Made by a program: the position numbers and the translations under genes. DNA of 64,000 nt from Candidatus Woesearchaeota archaeon (GTDB lineage: Archaea > Nanobdellota > Nanobdellia > Woesearchaeales > ARS49). Under the pieces are notes generated by a model. The model ran no database searches and had not been told where the DNA came from. It was given only the letters and a program-made list of their open reading frames with translations. The DNA lies in contig QZIM01000006.1 of assembly GCA_003599055.1 (NCBI GenBank), forward strand, positions 24,615 through 88,614. Reading direction: 5' to 3'. Shown piece after piece: positions 8,530-15,875 of this stretch; within the stretch, counting starts at the first letter, position 1, and each line of letters begins with the position of its first letter.

Positions 8530-9138
8530 CTATCGTACCCACACCGGATAGCTCATCTGCGGAATTGGCCGAGCGCAGCCGCCAAGGCGCGCGCCGATGA
8601 GCCGCACGGAAGAACCCGTATATTCCTCGCCTGCACGCACACAGCACTGGCTTGCCGTCTCGTACACGTCGCAATACCCCGTGAATGTTTGGGCAACACC
8701 CTGATAGAAGCCGGACGTGGAATGCTTCCATTCCTGAACGGAACAGCACGCGTCATAGCGCTGGCCGCGCGGCACCTGCGCAGGATATTCCACTTTTGGC
8801 CTGTCACGACTGCAATAGCCCTCCACCGCACCAACAAGGCGCACCGGATACTTTGAACGCATACCGCCATCACGCAAACAACAGGACTCCTTTAACTCAT
8901 TACCCGCACAGGCAACACTTCTCGTCGCAGTAACACCCTGGAACAGCCCGGTTGAGCCCGTGCGCCACTCCTGAGTACTGCAGCACGCAACATACGAGTC
9001 CGCAAACGCGTTCCCCGTTATATTGTTCGCCAATTTGGCCTGCCAGCCAAGGAAAAGAAGACCTCCAACTGACAAGATTGCAATCATCAGCACAACAACC
9101 GGCCGCACGTGGTGCGGCTGCTCTGCAAGTTCAGGCAT
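8530..9138 (-). CDS. Membrane-anchored secreted protein with two Cys-rich repeats
   Basis: N-terminal anchor VVVLMIAILSVGGLLFLGW. Two roughly 75-aa repeats share the pattern Y.ACCS.QEW..(G/S)..G(L/F).QGV...C...CC.R.G......VRL(V/I)GA..G.C. Confidence 0.6.
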   Translation of the reverse strand: MPELAEQPHHVRPVVVLMIAILSVGGLLFLGWQAKLANNITGNAFADSYVACCSTQEWRTGSTGLFQGVTATRSVACAGNELKESCCLRDGGMRSKYPVRLVGAVEGYCSRDRPKVEYPAQVPRGQRYDACCSVQEWKHSTSGFYQGVAQTFTGYCDVYETASQCCVRAGEEYTGSSVRLIGARLGGCARPIPQMSYPVWVR

Positions 9139-9568
9139 AAGAACTGCACAAGAGACCCTCTTTAAAAGGATTTATCACTACAGAACGTGAGTGACTGTTC
9201 TTCGACGAGAGAAAAGTCAAAAAACGCGTTCGTTTTGGGCACCAGAAAACAGAAGTCTCACTTTTCAGCACATCCAGATAAAATGAAAGCGAATACCGTT
9301 CTATGAACCCGTACACGCAAAAACACATAGTGCCTACATTTGACTGCTGCCGCCCATCAGCCCCCCACTCACAAGCACCACACAAACCACAGAACCCTCA
9401 CTTCTCCTGAAGCAAAAATGCAACAACTCCCCCCGTCCATCAAAAAAAAAACCGCGCCGCCCGTTTCTAAACAAAACCTGTTTGCACCACACGATGCTCA
9501 AGAAAACCGAGCACCACACCACTCCTCCCAAACACTCACAAAACGCACACGGAAAACCCACTGCAAAA

Positions 9569-9669
9569 TAGGCACCAGAAAATATCCAAGTGCGTCGCCA
9601 ATAACCCCGGAAAAACACCTCTGATTTAACGCTCACTTTTCACGAACAAAAATTAACCAAAAGTGAGAC
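9569..9669 (+). repeat. Three-block repeat, copy R1 (TAGGCACCAGAAAA / GGAAAAACACC / AAAAGTGAGAC)
   Basis: Block A lies at 9569-9582, block B at 9609-9619 and block C at 9659-9669. An inverted block C (CTCACTTTTC) lies at 9632-9641. A-to-C spacing is 89 nt, the same as copy R3. Confidence 0.7.
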
Positions 9670-9960
9670 CCAAAAAATAACTGCAAAAAATAGATTCTAA
9701 AGTGAATTTAAAAAAATAACTTATTTGAAAAATATTTTGAAACCTATCTTATTAAAAATAATTTTTATAAAAGAAATAAACAAAACTTGAGAAAAATAAA
9801 CCTTCAACAAAACTTAAAAAAATTTGAAAAATTCACGGAAAACCACTCAGAAACGACCCAGTAACGCATAAGTTCAACTGATAAAATCAGATAACACTGA
9901 CAGAAAAAATCCAAGAATTAAATTAAGTGAAAAAAGGAGAATTGACAAAAAAAAAGAAAC
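9640..9960. other. Extremely AT-rich non-coding core (candidate DNA-unwinding or plasmid-type origin region)
   Basis: A spot count of 9721-9780 gives 6 G+C in 60 nt, against about 60 % in flanking genes. There is no credible ORF. It sits inside a 1.45-kb non-coding stretch. Confidence 0.5.
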
Positions 9961-10593
9961 CGAATCTGCTCCCACACCGTCACTACCACGAATCTCCCTC
10001 ACTCATCACGCTACGCGCACGCTGCGGCCAAAAAGAGGCACGAACTCGCGCAAAAAGAGAGGAAAACACTGCCCAAAAAAAATCCCCGCAAATCGACTAA
10101 AAAAGAGGTTTACGAAGATGACAGGAAAAATACCCGAATTTGCGCACGTGTGCAAGAGTTGCAAATGTTTGGCGCGGCACCTTGGGTTTAGGCGCGAAAC
10201 CCCCTGACCTTCAATGTCGGAAAAATGGGCGAAAGTCGGATGAAATTCCGTCTCCGACGGAGAAACAGCAGAAAGTGCCGGTTTTGAAAAACCCACCGGC
10301 AGAACCAGATGGCAAAAAGTGTCGGAACTTTTGGCGAATTCTAAGCCAGTTCAGCGAAAAAACAACAGTTGAAATGCTGTGCAACTCATCTTTACCAAAA
10401 AAGTGCGCCAGAATTGATTTAATGAAGAATTCGGCGTTTTTTGCGCGTTAAAATTTTGCTGAAAAAAATTAAGATAATAATTTGCTGTCAAAGATGAAAA
10501 AATGTTGCGTCGGCAAGACTGCGACACTGGACAGGCGTTATCGGAAAACTTTTAACCGCCGGCGCGATTCACTGACTTCAAAAGGTGACCGTA

Positions 10594-11136
10594 ATGGAAT
10601 TCCTCCTCGAACACGCAGAACCCATCAGCTCAGACGTCCACGAACTCTCCAAAGTACTCCTTGCACGATTCGGCCTTTTGCCGCGCAAAAAAGACGGCTC
10701 GGCAAAAATGCACACCCTCCTCCTCGAACTCAACGAGAGAAAAAAACGCGCAAACCGCGACCGCCAACCCGAAACCGCCGTCATGCCCGTCGAAGAAATG
10801 GCCCTTCACGCCGGCATCAAGCGACAAACCATGTACGACTACCTGCACCGCTGGCTCTCGCTTGGCATTTTGAAAAAAACAAGCTTTGTCAGCTCAGGAA
10901 AAGTCATCGTCGGCTACGAGCTCAACGGGCCCACCCTCGACGGAGCATTCCGCAAGGCAGAAAACGCGCTCAAAAACCACCTCGACTACAGCTTCAAAGT
11001 CCTCGAACAGTTGCAAAACGAAATCAAAAAAGAAAAATTGAGAGAAATCAGCAGCGCATCCAGCACGTCAGCGGAGCATCAAGGCCAAGCACGTTCTTCT
11101 TCGCCTGAACCTCCCGAAACACCGCATCAACCCTGA
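10594..11136 (+). CDS. Winged-helix DNA-binding protein
   Basis: wHTH-like segment EEMALHAGIKRQTMYDYLHRWLSLGILKK..G.. with a low-complexity tail. ATG at 10594 (the track gives GTG 10585). The 3' end overlaps the convergent gene by 89 nt. Confidence 0.55.
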   Translation: MEFLLEHAEPISSDVHELSKVLLARFGLLPRKKDGSAKMHTLLLELNERKKRANRDRQPETAVMPVEEMALHAGIKRQTMYDYLHRWLSLGILKKTSFVSSGKVIVGYELNGPTLDGAFRKAENALKNHLDYSFKVLEQLQNEIKKEKLREISSASSTSAEHQGQARSSSPEPPETPHQP

Positions 11137-11590
11137 CAAAAACCGCATTCCCGTCGTGACGCTTCACCAGGGGAACACCCTTCTCAAGCATCGACCCGAT
11201 GGCCGCGCACACCTGCTCACGCGAGAGCAAGGATTTTCGCGCAACCTGCTCATACGACGCATACGGCTGGGTTTCCGTCAGACGATACAGAACGGAAAAC
11301 ACTTCCTTTTCCTTGCCCGAAAGCGGCTGCACGCAAAATTCCGGCTGCGCCTTTTGGCCCTTGACGAGCAACGTCAACTCGTCGAGCCGCTCGGCAAGCG
11401 CGTCCAGGCGACGGTTTACCGCGCCCAGCATCTCGTACGTTTGCGCCTGCTCCTGCGTATTCTCGTTAATTGCGAGCCGGTGGTCTTCAAGCTCACCCTG
11501 CACGCACTCGAGCACCTGCACGAGCTTGTGGCGTATCACGGACACATCACCCGATAGCAATAGCTGCTCTTGGTTCTGAATGCAAATCAC
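11048..11590 (-). CDS. Coiled-coil plus C-terminal winged-helix protein
   Basis: N-terminal heptad region (LEDHRLAINENTQEQAQTYEML..LDALAERLDELTLL). C-terminal wHTH-like segment KEVFSVLYRLTE..SYEQVARKSLLSREQVCAAIGSMLEKGV. GTG start. Confidence 0.55.
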   Translation of the reverse strand: MICIQNQEQLLLSGDVSVIRHKLVQVLECVQGELEDHRLAINENTQEQAQTYEMLGAVNRRLDALAERLDELTLLVKGQKAQPEFCVQPLSGKEKEVFSVLYRLTETQPYASYEQVARKSLLSREQVCAAIGSMLEKGVPLVKRHDGNAVFVRVDAVFREVQAKKNVLGLDAPLTCWMRC

Positions 11591-11772
11591 CCCGATTTAC
11601 AACGATGGAAAACAGGAGAGGGGCACTGGTTTAAATGGGTTTGGGTGTGGAAAAAAATAATGTCGGCGATTTTTTCGACGATAAAAAAGCGCACGCGGCG
11701 TCAGAAAAACGCGCCAAAAAACGGCAAGAAATGCGCCAAAAAATCGCGAAAAAAAATTCAAAAAAACAACGG

Positions 11773-12483
11773 TTATGCGTGCCTTTCGTGCTTCGCACTC
11801 GCCACATAAATCGTGTGCTTGCCATCGGAGACTACCTGCAGCAGATGTTCCCGCTCCATCTCTTCCAGAATGCGGTAAAAGCTCGACTTGCTGCACAGGC
11901 CCTGCTCCTCGACGATAATCTCGCGCATCTGGAGCGCGCCGATACGGCCGTATTTGTGCACAAGCGAGAGCGCCAAATTCTTGATGTACTCCTTGCTGTT
12001 TCGCGCAAGCTTGCGCGCAAGCTTTTCCTTGATTGCCGCACGGGACTCTTCCCTCGAAGAAACCGGCACTTCCTTTCGCTCACTTTCAGCGCTGGCGCTA
12101 GGATGCTTCTCGACTAAAGGGTGGCCGAGTACGTGCGCGCGCTGCTGGCTGCGCAGCTCCACCGCGTCGATTTTTTGCTCAATGTGCCGGATGCGCTGCA
12201 AAATCGGCTCCACATTGTAGTGCGCATCGACGAGCTGGCGAATCTCGCCCGCCGTCTTCGGCACGTGCTGGAGCGCAACACGCAACTCGTGCAACGAGAG
12301 CTTTTGCTCGTCAACAAGACGGCGCAGGACGCTGTTGTGCTCCTGCAACTGCTGATTTTGCTGGTGCAAATACGCAACCCACTGGTACAGCGCATCCGTG
12401 TCCTTCTTGACCTTTGAAAACGACTGCGAAACGGACTCATCCATTTCCTGAATTTGCTTCCCGTACCCAAATAAGTCGAACAT
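11773..12483 (-). CDS. Coiled-coil plus C-terminal winged-helix protein (same architecture as 11048..11590)
   Basis: Start moved to MFDLFGYG (12483), which lies 27 nt downstream of a TATA box. Long heptad region, then the wHTH-like LVHKYGRIGALQMREIIVEEQGLCSKSSFYRILEEMEREHLL. Confidence 0.6.
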   Translation of the reverse strand: MFDLFGYGKQIQEMDESVSQSFSKVKKDTDALYQWVAYLHQQNQQLQEHNSVLRRLVDEQKLSLHELRVALQHVPKTAGEIRQLVDAHYNVEPILQRIRHIEQKIDAVELRSQQRAHVLGHPLVEKHPSASAESERKEVPVSSREESRAAIKEKLARKLARNSKEYIKNLALSLVHKYGRIGALQMREIIVEEQGLCSKSSFYRILEEMEREHLLQVVSDGKHTIYVASAKHERHA

Positions 12484-12505
12484 ACCCCGAGGAAACGCGC
12501 AGTCC

Positions 12506-12519
12506 TTTAAATATTTTTT
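12506..12519 (-). promoter_or_regulatory. TATA box for the wHTH gene 11773..12483
   Basis: The minus strand reads AAAAAATATTTAAA, centred about 27 nt upstream of the ATG at 12483. The first iteron starts 5 nt further upstream. Confidence 0.6.
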
Positions 12520-12523
12520 GCCA

Positions 12524-12850
12524 GACCGTCCCAGGACCGTCTCAGGACAGTCTCTGGGACCGGACCGTCCCACGACGTTAATCGCCTTAAACGGAGAAAA
12601 AATACGCACGAAACAGTCTCAAGACCGTCCCAATAAGACCAATAGTCCCGAAAAAAGACCATCCCAAAGATAGTCCCAGAGACAGTCCCAAGCCAATTTA
12701 TCGACGATAAACTGAATTGAGACCAATTTGGGACTGTCCGAACCAGTCTTAAGACCGTCCTGCGACTGTTTTGCGACATTCCCAGGACCGTCCCACGCAA
12801 AATTATCGACGATAAACCATTGGGACCGAGACAATCCTGAGACTATCGCA
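12524..12850. repeat. Iteron-like array of GAC(C/A)GTC(C/T)CA decamers plus a duplicated palindrome-containing unit
   Basis: Copies start at 12524, 12535, 12546, 12563, 12612, 12623, 12657, 12669, 12681, 12753 and 12786. An inverted copy lies at 12729-12738 and degenerate copies at 12830 and 12841. TTATCGACGATAAAC occurs at 12698-12712 and 12803-12817. Confidence 0.85.
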
Positions 12851-13198
12851 AGACTTCCGGCGAAAAAAAGAGCCCGACCCAAAGGAGCAACCTCAAAAAA
12901 AGTTCGCACAAAAAGACTAGTCAAATAAAAAACCCCCCCCCCCGCCAAAAAAAACACCAAGAAGACCCAAAAGAAGCCCAAGAACGGCCATTGGCAAAAG
13001 CAGCAAACGCAAGGCACAAATTCCCAACTGGTGCCTAAAAAGAGCCGGAAAAAAGGCAGCACCCTGCAACCCCCGCAACCTGCAAAGCCAACCAGTGAAC
13101 ACGAATAAACGACCCACCAGGCTCAAAACACCAAAAACCAACTTTATTCGTAAAAAGTGAGAGTTCATTTGAGCAAAAAAAGAGCCACCGCGACCATT

Positions 13199-13302
13199 TT
13201 AGGCACCTGAAAAACGGAAAGCATAAAAGCACTTGCCCCCTTATGCACTTTATGACAACCAAAGGGGACGAAAAACACCACATTTGTTCAGAAAAAGTGA
13301 GA
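13199..13302 (+). repeat. Three-block repeat, copy R2 (degenerate copy of the rsmE 5' region)
   Basis: TTAGGCACCTGAAAA at 13199-13213, GAAAAACACC at 13270-13279 and GAAAAAGTGAGA at 13291-13302. A-to-C spacing is 92 nt. Confidence 0.65.
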
Positions 13303-13995
13303 ACTCGCTTGTACCGCCCAGAGGCAGAATCAGGAAGAACCATTGCGCTCACGAACGAACAAATTAGGCACCTGAAAGTACTTCGCACTGAAAAACACCA
13401 CCACGTCCACGTGTTTGACGGCAAAGGACACGAATACTGCGCCACGCCTTCGGAAAAAGTGAGAGACGCAATTGAAGTTGGGCACTATGTGAAAACTGCA
13501 ACTGAGCCCCCCATTACAATCACACTTGCAACCGCGGCACCCAAGGGAAACAGAATGGACACGCTCGTTGAAAAAGTGAGTGAACTTGGCGTGAAAAAAC
13601 TAGTGCCTATTATTTTTGCGCGAAGCGTGGTCGAGCCGGGCGCGAGCAAAATCGAGCGCCTCCAACGCATTGCCATCGAAGCCTGCGCACAAAGCAACAG
13701 AACCATTGTTCCGGAAATCACCGCCCCAACAGCATTTACCGCCTTACTCGAAAAAGTGAGAGAAGCCAAAACCGCCCTTGTTTGCCATAAGAGCGGACAA
13801 GCACTTGATAAAATAGCCATTACAAACACAAGCGACGTACTTGTCATCATCGGCCCCGAAGGAGACTTCACCCCTGAAGAACTCGCCAACCTTGAAAAAG
13901 CAGGCTGCAAAAAAGTGCGGCTTGCCCCATCAACCTTACGCGTGGAAACCGCCGCAATCACCGCACTCGCCCAGCTCGCAAGCAAACATTTATAA
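13243..13995 (+). CDS. rsmE: 16S rRNA (uracil-N3)-methyltransferase, RsmE family
   Basis: ITLATAAPKGNRMDTLVEKVSELGV, ERLQRIAIEACAQSNR, VIIGPEGDFTPEE and LRVETAAI match RsmE/DUF558. The family-typical N-terminus begins near the in-frame GTG at 13297 (VRTRLYRP), so the true start may be 13297. Confidence 0.8.
   Translation: MHFMTTKGDEKHHICSEKVRTRLYRPEAESGRTIALTNEQIRHLKVLRTEKHHHVHVFDGKGHEYCATPSEKVRDAIEVGHYVKTATEPPITITLATAAPKGNRMDTLVEKVSELGVKKLVPIIFARSVVEPGASKIERLQRIAIEACAQSNRTIVPEITAPTAFTALLEKVREAKTALVCHKSGQALDKIAITNTSDVLVIIGPEGDFTPEELANLEKAGCKKVRLAPSTLRVETAAITALAQLASKHL
13365..13464 (+). repeat. Three-block repeat, copy R3 (inside the rsmE coding sequence)
   Basis: TAGGCACCTGAAA at 13365-13377, GAAAAACACC at 13390-13399 and GAAAAAGTGAGA at 13453-13464. 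A-to-C spacing is 89 nt. Confidence 0.65.
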
Positions 13996-14018
13996 ACCCC
14001 CTGAATCGGAAGCCGCCT

Positions 14019-14291
14019 ATGGACATCCACATCATCGAGGAAAAAAAGAACAAAATCGTCTTCGAACTCAAAGGCGAAGGCCACACGCTCAGCAACGCAG
14101 TCCGCAAAGAACTCTCCAATGACGAACACGTCAAAGGAGCAGCATACACGATTGAACACCCCCTTATCGAAGTTCCCCGCTTTATCGTCGAAACAGACGG
14201 CGCAGAACCGCGCAAAGTCCTTGCAGCCGCAGCAAAACGCGTTGCCAAAGACGCCGAAAAAATTAAATCCGAAGCAAAAGAACTCAAGTAA
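14019..14291 (+). CDS. rpoL: DNA-directed RNA polymerase subunit L (Rpo11)
   Basis: FELKGEGHTLSNAVRKEL...V..AAY.IEHPL is the RpoL/RBP11 signature. Length is 90 aa. TATA ATTTATAAAC lies 27 nt upstream. Confidence 0.85.
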   Translation: MDIHIIEEKKNKIVFELKGEGHTLSNAVRKELSNDEHVKGAAYTIEHPLIEVPRFIVETDGAEPRKVLAAAAKRVAKDAEKIKSEAKELK

Positions 14292-14558
14292 ATGGCTTCT
14301 TCCCTTGACGGAATCGTCAGCGACATCCAAACAAAACGCGAATCAGGGGCGCGCATTGACTATATCACCATTGCACTCTCGCGAACCAGCATCGATGAAC
14401 CACCCCGCGACATCACCGTCAAAATACCCCACGATGAAAACCCCTTTCTTTTTGGCGACTACCTCCGCATCACAAGCGAAAAACCACTCTCTCTTCTTCG
14501 CGTAACTCCCGAAGGCAAAACCCTCGAACACTACCATTCAGACCGCGACGTTGCGTAA
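14292..14558 (+). CDS. Hypothetical protein
   Basis: 88-aa ORF starting immediately after the rpoL stop. No motif recognised. Confidence 0.45.
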   Translation: MASSLDGIVSDIQTKRESGARIDYITIALSRTSIDEPPRDITVKIPHDENPFLFGDYLRITSEKPLSLLRVTPEGKTLEHYHSDRDVA

Positions 14559-14597
14559 AACAGAATCCTTAAAAGGCAGAACCATAGTGCCTATGCT

Positions 14598-15098
14598 ATG
14601 TTCGTCCGCGTCAAAAACATCAAAGGCAAGCAGTATGCGTACTTGGTCGAAAACGAATGGACCCCGTGGGGCTCACGACAACGCGTCACCAAATACCTCG
14701 GCAAAACACAACCGCTCACCCGTTATACTGACACGGACACCCAACTCCCGCGCGGATACCAAGAAAGCGTCCGCGCACTCATCATCCAAGAACTCAAAAA
14801 CCACGGCTTTTTGCACGAAGGAGACCTGCTGAAGAACGACGCGATTTGCGTCCACCTCACCAACAAGACCGTCCGCGCGGGAACAAAAAACATCACCCTG
14901 CAACTCAACGAAGGGTTCCTTTGCGACCACACCCTCGGACAGCTCCTTCACTTTGCGCCAACAGACCGCCCCGACACCACTGCCAAAAAACTCGCAAGCC
15001 ACGCCCTTGAAGCAGGCCTCAAACTTCGCGAAGAACACTTCGTCCACCTCTTCGAACAGGCAAAAACTATTAAAAAAGAGCCGAGCGGAGGCAGCTGA
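14598..15098 (+). CDS. Hypothetical protein
   Basis: 166-aa ORF with a plausible globular composition. The stop overlaps the uppS start. Confidence 0.5.
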   Translation: MFVRVKNIKGKQYAYLVENEWTPWGSRQRVTKYLGKTQPLTRYTDTDTQLPRGYQESVRALIIQELKNHGFLHEGDLLKNDAICVHLTNKTVRAGTKNITLQLNEGFLCDHTLGQLLHFAPTDRPDTTAKKLASHALEAGLKLREEHFVHLFEQAKTIKKEPSGGS

Positions 15099-15796
15099 TG
15101 CGCGTCCCAAAACACATCGGCATCATCTTAGACGGCAACCGCCGCTTTGCCAAACGCCTTATGCTCAAACCCTGGAAAGGCCACGAATGGGGCGCGGACA
15201 AATTCAAAAAATTCGTCACCTGGTGCGAAGAGCTCGGCATTGAAGAAATTACCGCGTACTGTTTTTCTATTCAGAACTTCAACCGCCCAAAAGAAGAATT
15301 CGACTACATTATGAATGTCTTCACCAAAGAGCTTGAAGACCTCACCACCCCGCAAAAACTCGCAGAATTACGCGAACACGGAATCCAATACCGCATTATC
15401 GGACGACTGCATCTTCTGTCGCCGCACCTACAGGAACTGTGCAAAAAATTAACGGATTCCACCAAAAACAACAGCCCGCGCCGCATCAACCTCGCATTTG
15501 CCTACGGCGGCCGCGAAGAAATCATTGACGCGGTGCAAAAAATTGCCGATGAAGCGCGCGCAGGCAAAATTGAACACATCACCGAAGACACCATCAAAGA
15601 ACACCTGTGGCTCCAATCAGAACCCGACCTGATAATCCGAACCGGCGGAGAACAGCGCACCTCCAACTTTCTCCCCTGGCAAAGCACGTACAGCGAACTT
15701 ATCTTCATTGAAAAATTCTGGCCGGAATTTGAGAAAGAAGACTTGGTTGCGTGCGTAAACGAGTACGGAGAACGAGAACGACGGTTTGGGAAGTAA
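15098..15796 (+). CDS. uppS: Undecaprenyl (cis-prenyl) diphosphate synthase
   Basis: HIGIILDGNRRFAK, AYCFSIQNFNRP, AFAYGGREEI and IRTGGEQRTSNFLPWQ are UppS family motifs. Confidence 0.9.
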   Translation: MRVPKHIGIILDGNRRFAKRLMLKPWKGHEWGADKFKKFVTWCEELGIEEITAYCFSIQNFNRPKEEFDYIMNVFTKELEDLTTPQKLAELREHGIQYRIIGRLHLLSPHLQELCKKLTDSTKNNSPRRINLAFAYGGREEIIDAVQKIADEARAGKIEHITEDTIKEHLWLQSEPDLIIRTGGEQRTSNFLPWQSTYSELIFIEKFWPEFEKEDLVACVNEYGERERRFGK

Positions 15797-15875
15797 CCCA
15801 CCAAAAACTTTATAAACCCCCTCTCGCGGGGGCAGAATATCCCGCAAACTGTACCACCTCGGTGGGAGGGAAACA

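Noticed and set aside
9640-9960. Chromosomal replication origin (oriC)
   Set aside because: No orc1/cdc6 gene is adjacent, I recognised no ORB-type repeats, and the strong + strand C>G skew does not change sign across the region. I keep it only as a candidate plasmid-type or unwinding element.
9131-10451. ORFs inside the long non-coding tract (9131..9385, 9334..9636, 9340..9624, 10006..10296, 10140..10451)
   Set aside because: They are low-complexity (Pro/Thr/His/Lys-rich on +, Cys/Phe/Trp-rich on -) and mutually overlapping. They have no motifs and no TATA or SD at a sensible distance. I treat the region as non-coding, but a decayed gene cannot be excluded without comparative data.
10482-11108. 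208-aa Arg/Lys/Pro-rich + ORF
   Set aside because: It is an alternative frame of the wHTH gene 10594..11136. Its composition is typical of an off-frame read on the C/A-rich strand.
12524-12850. Possible CRISPR array
   Set aside because: The repeat unit is only about 10 nt with 11-12 nt periodicity and no unique spacers. No cas genes occur in the window. I interpret it as iterons or binding sites.
12619-13445. Minus-strand ORFs 12619..13062, 12917..13168 and 13035..13445 across the iteron/C-tract region
   Set aside because: They are Phe/Leu/Trp/Gly-rich translations of repeats and homopolymers. They have no start context and overlap each other.
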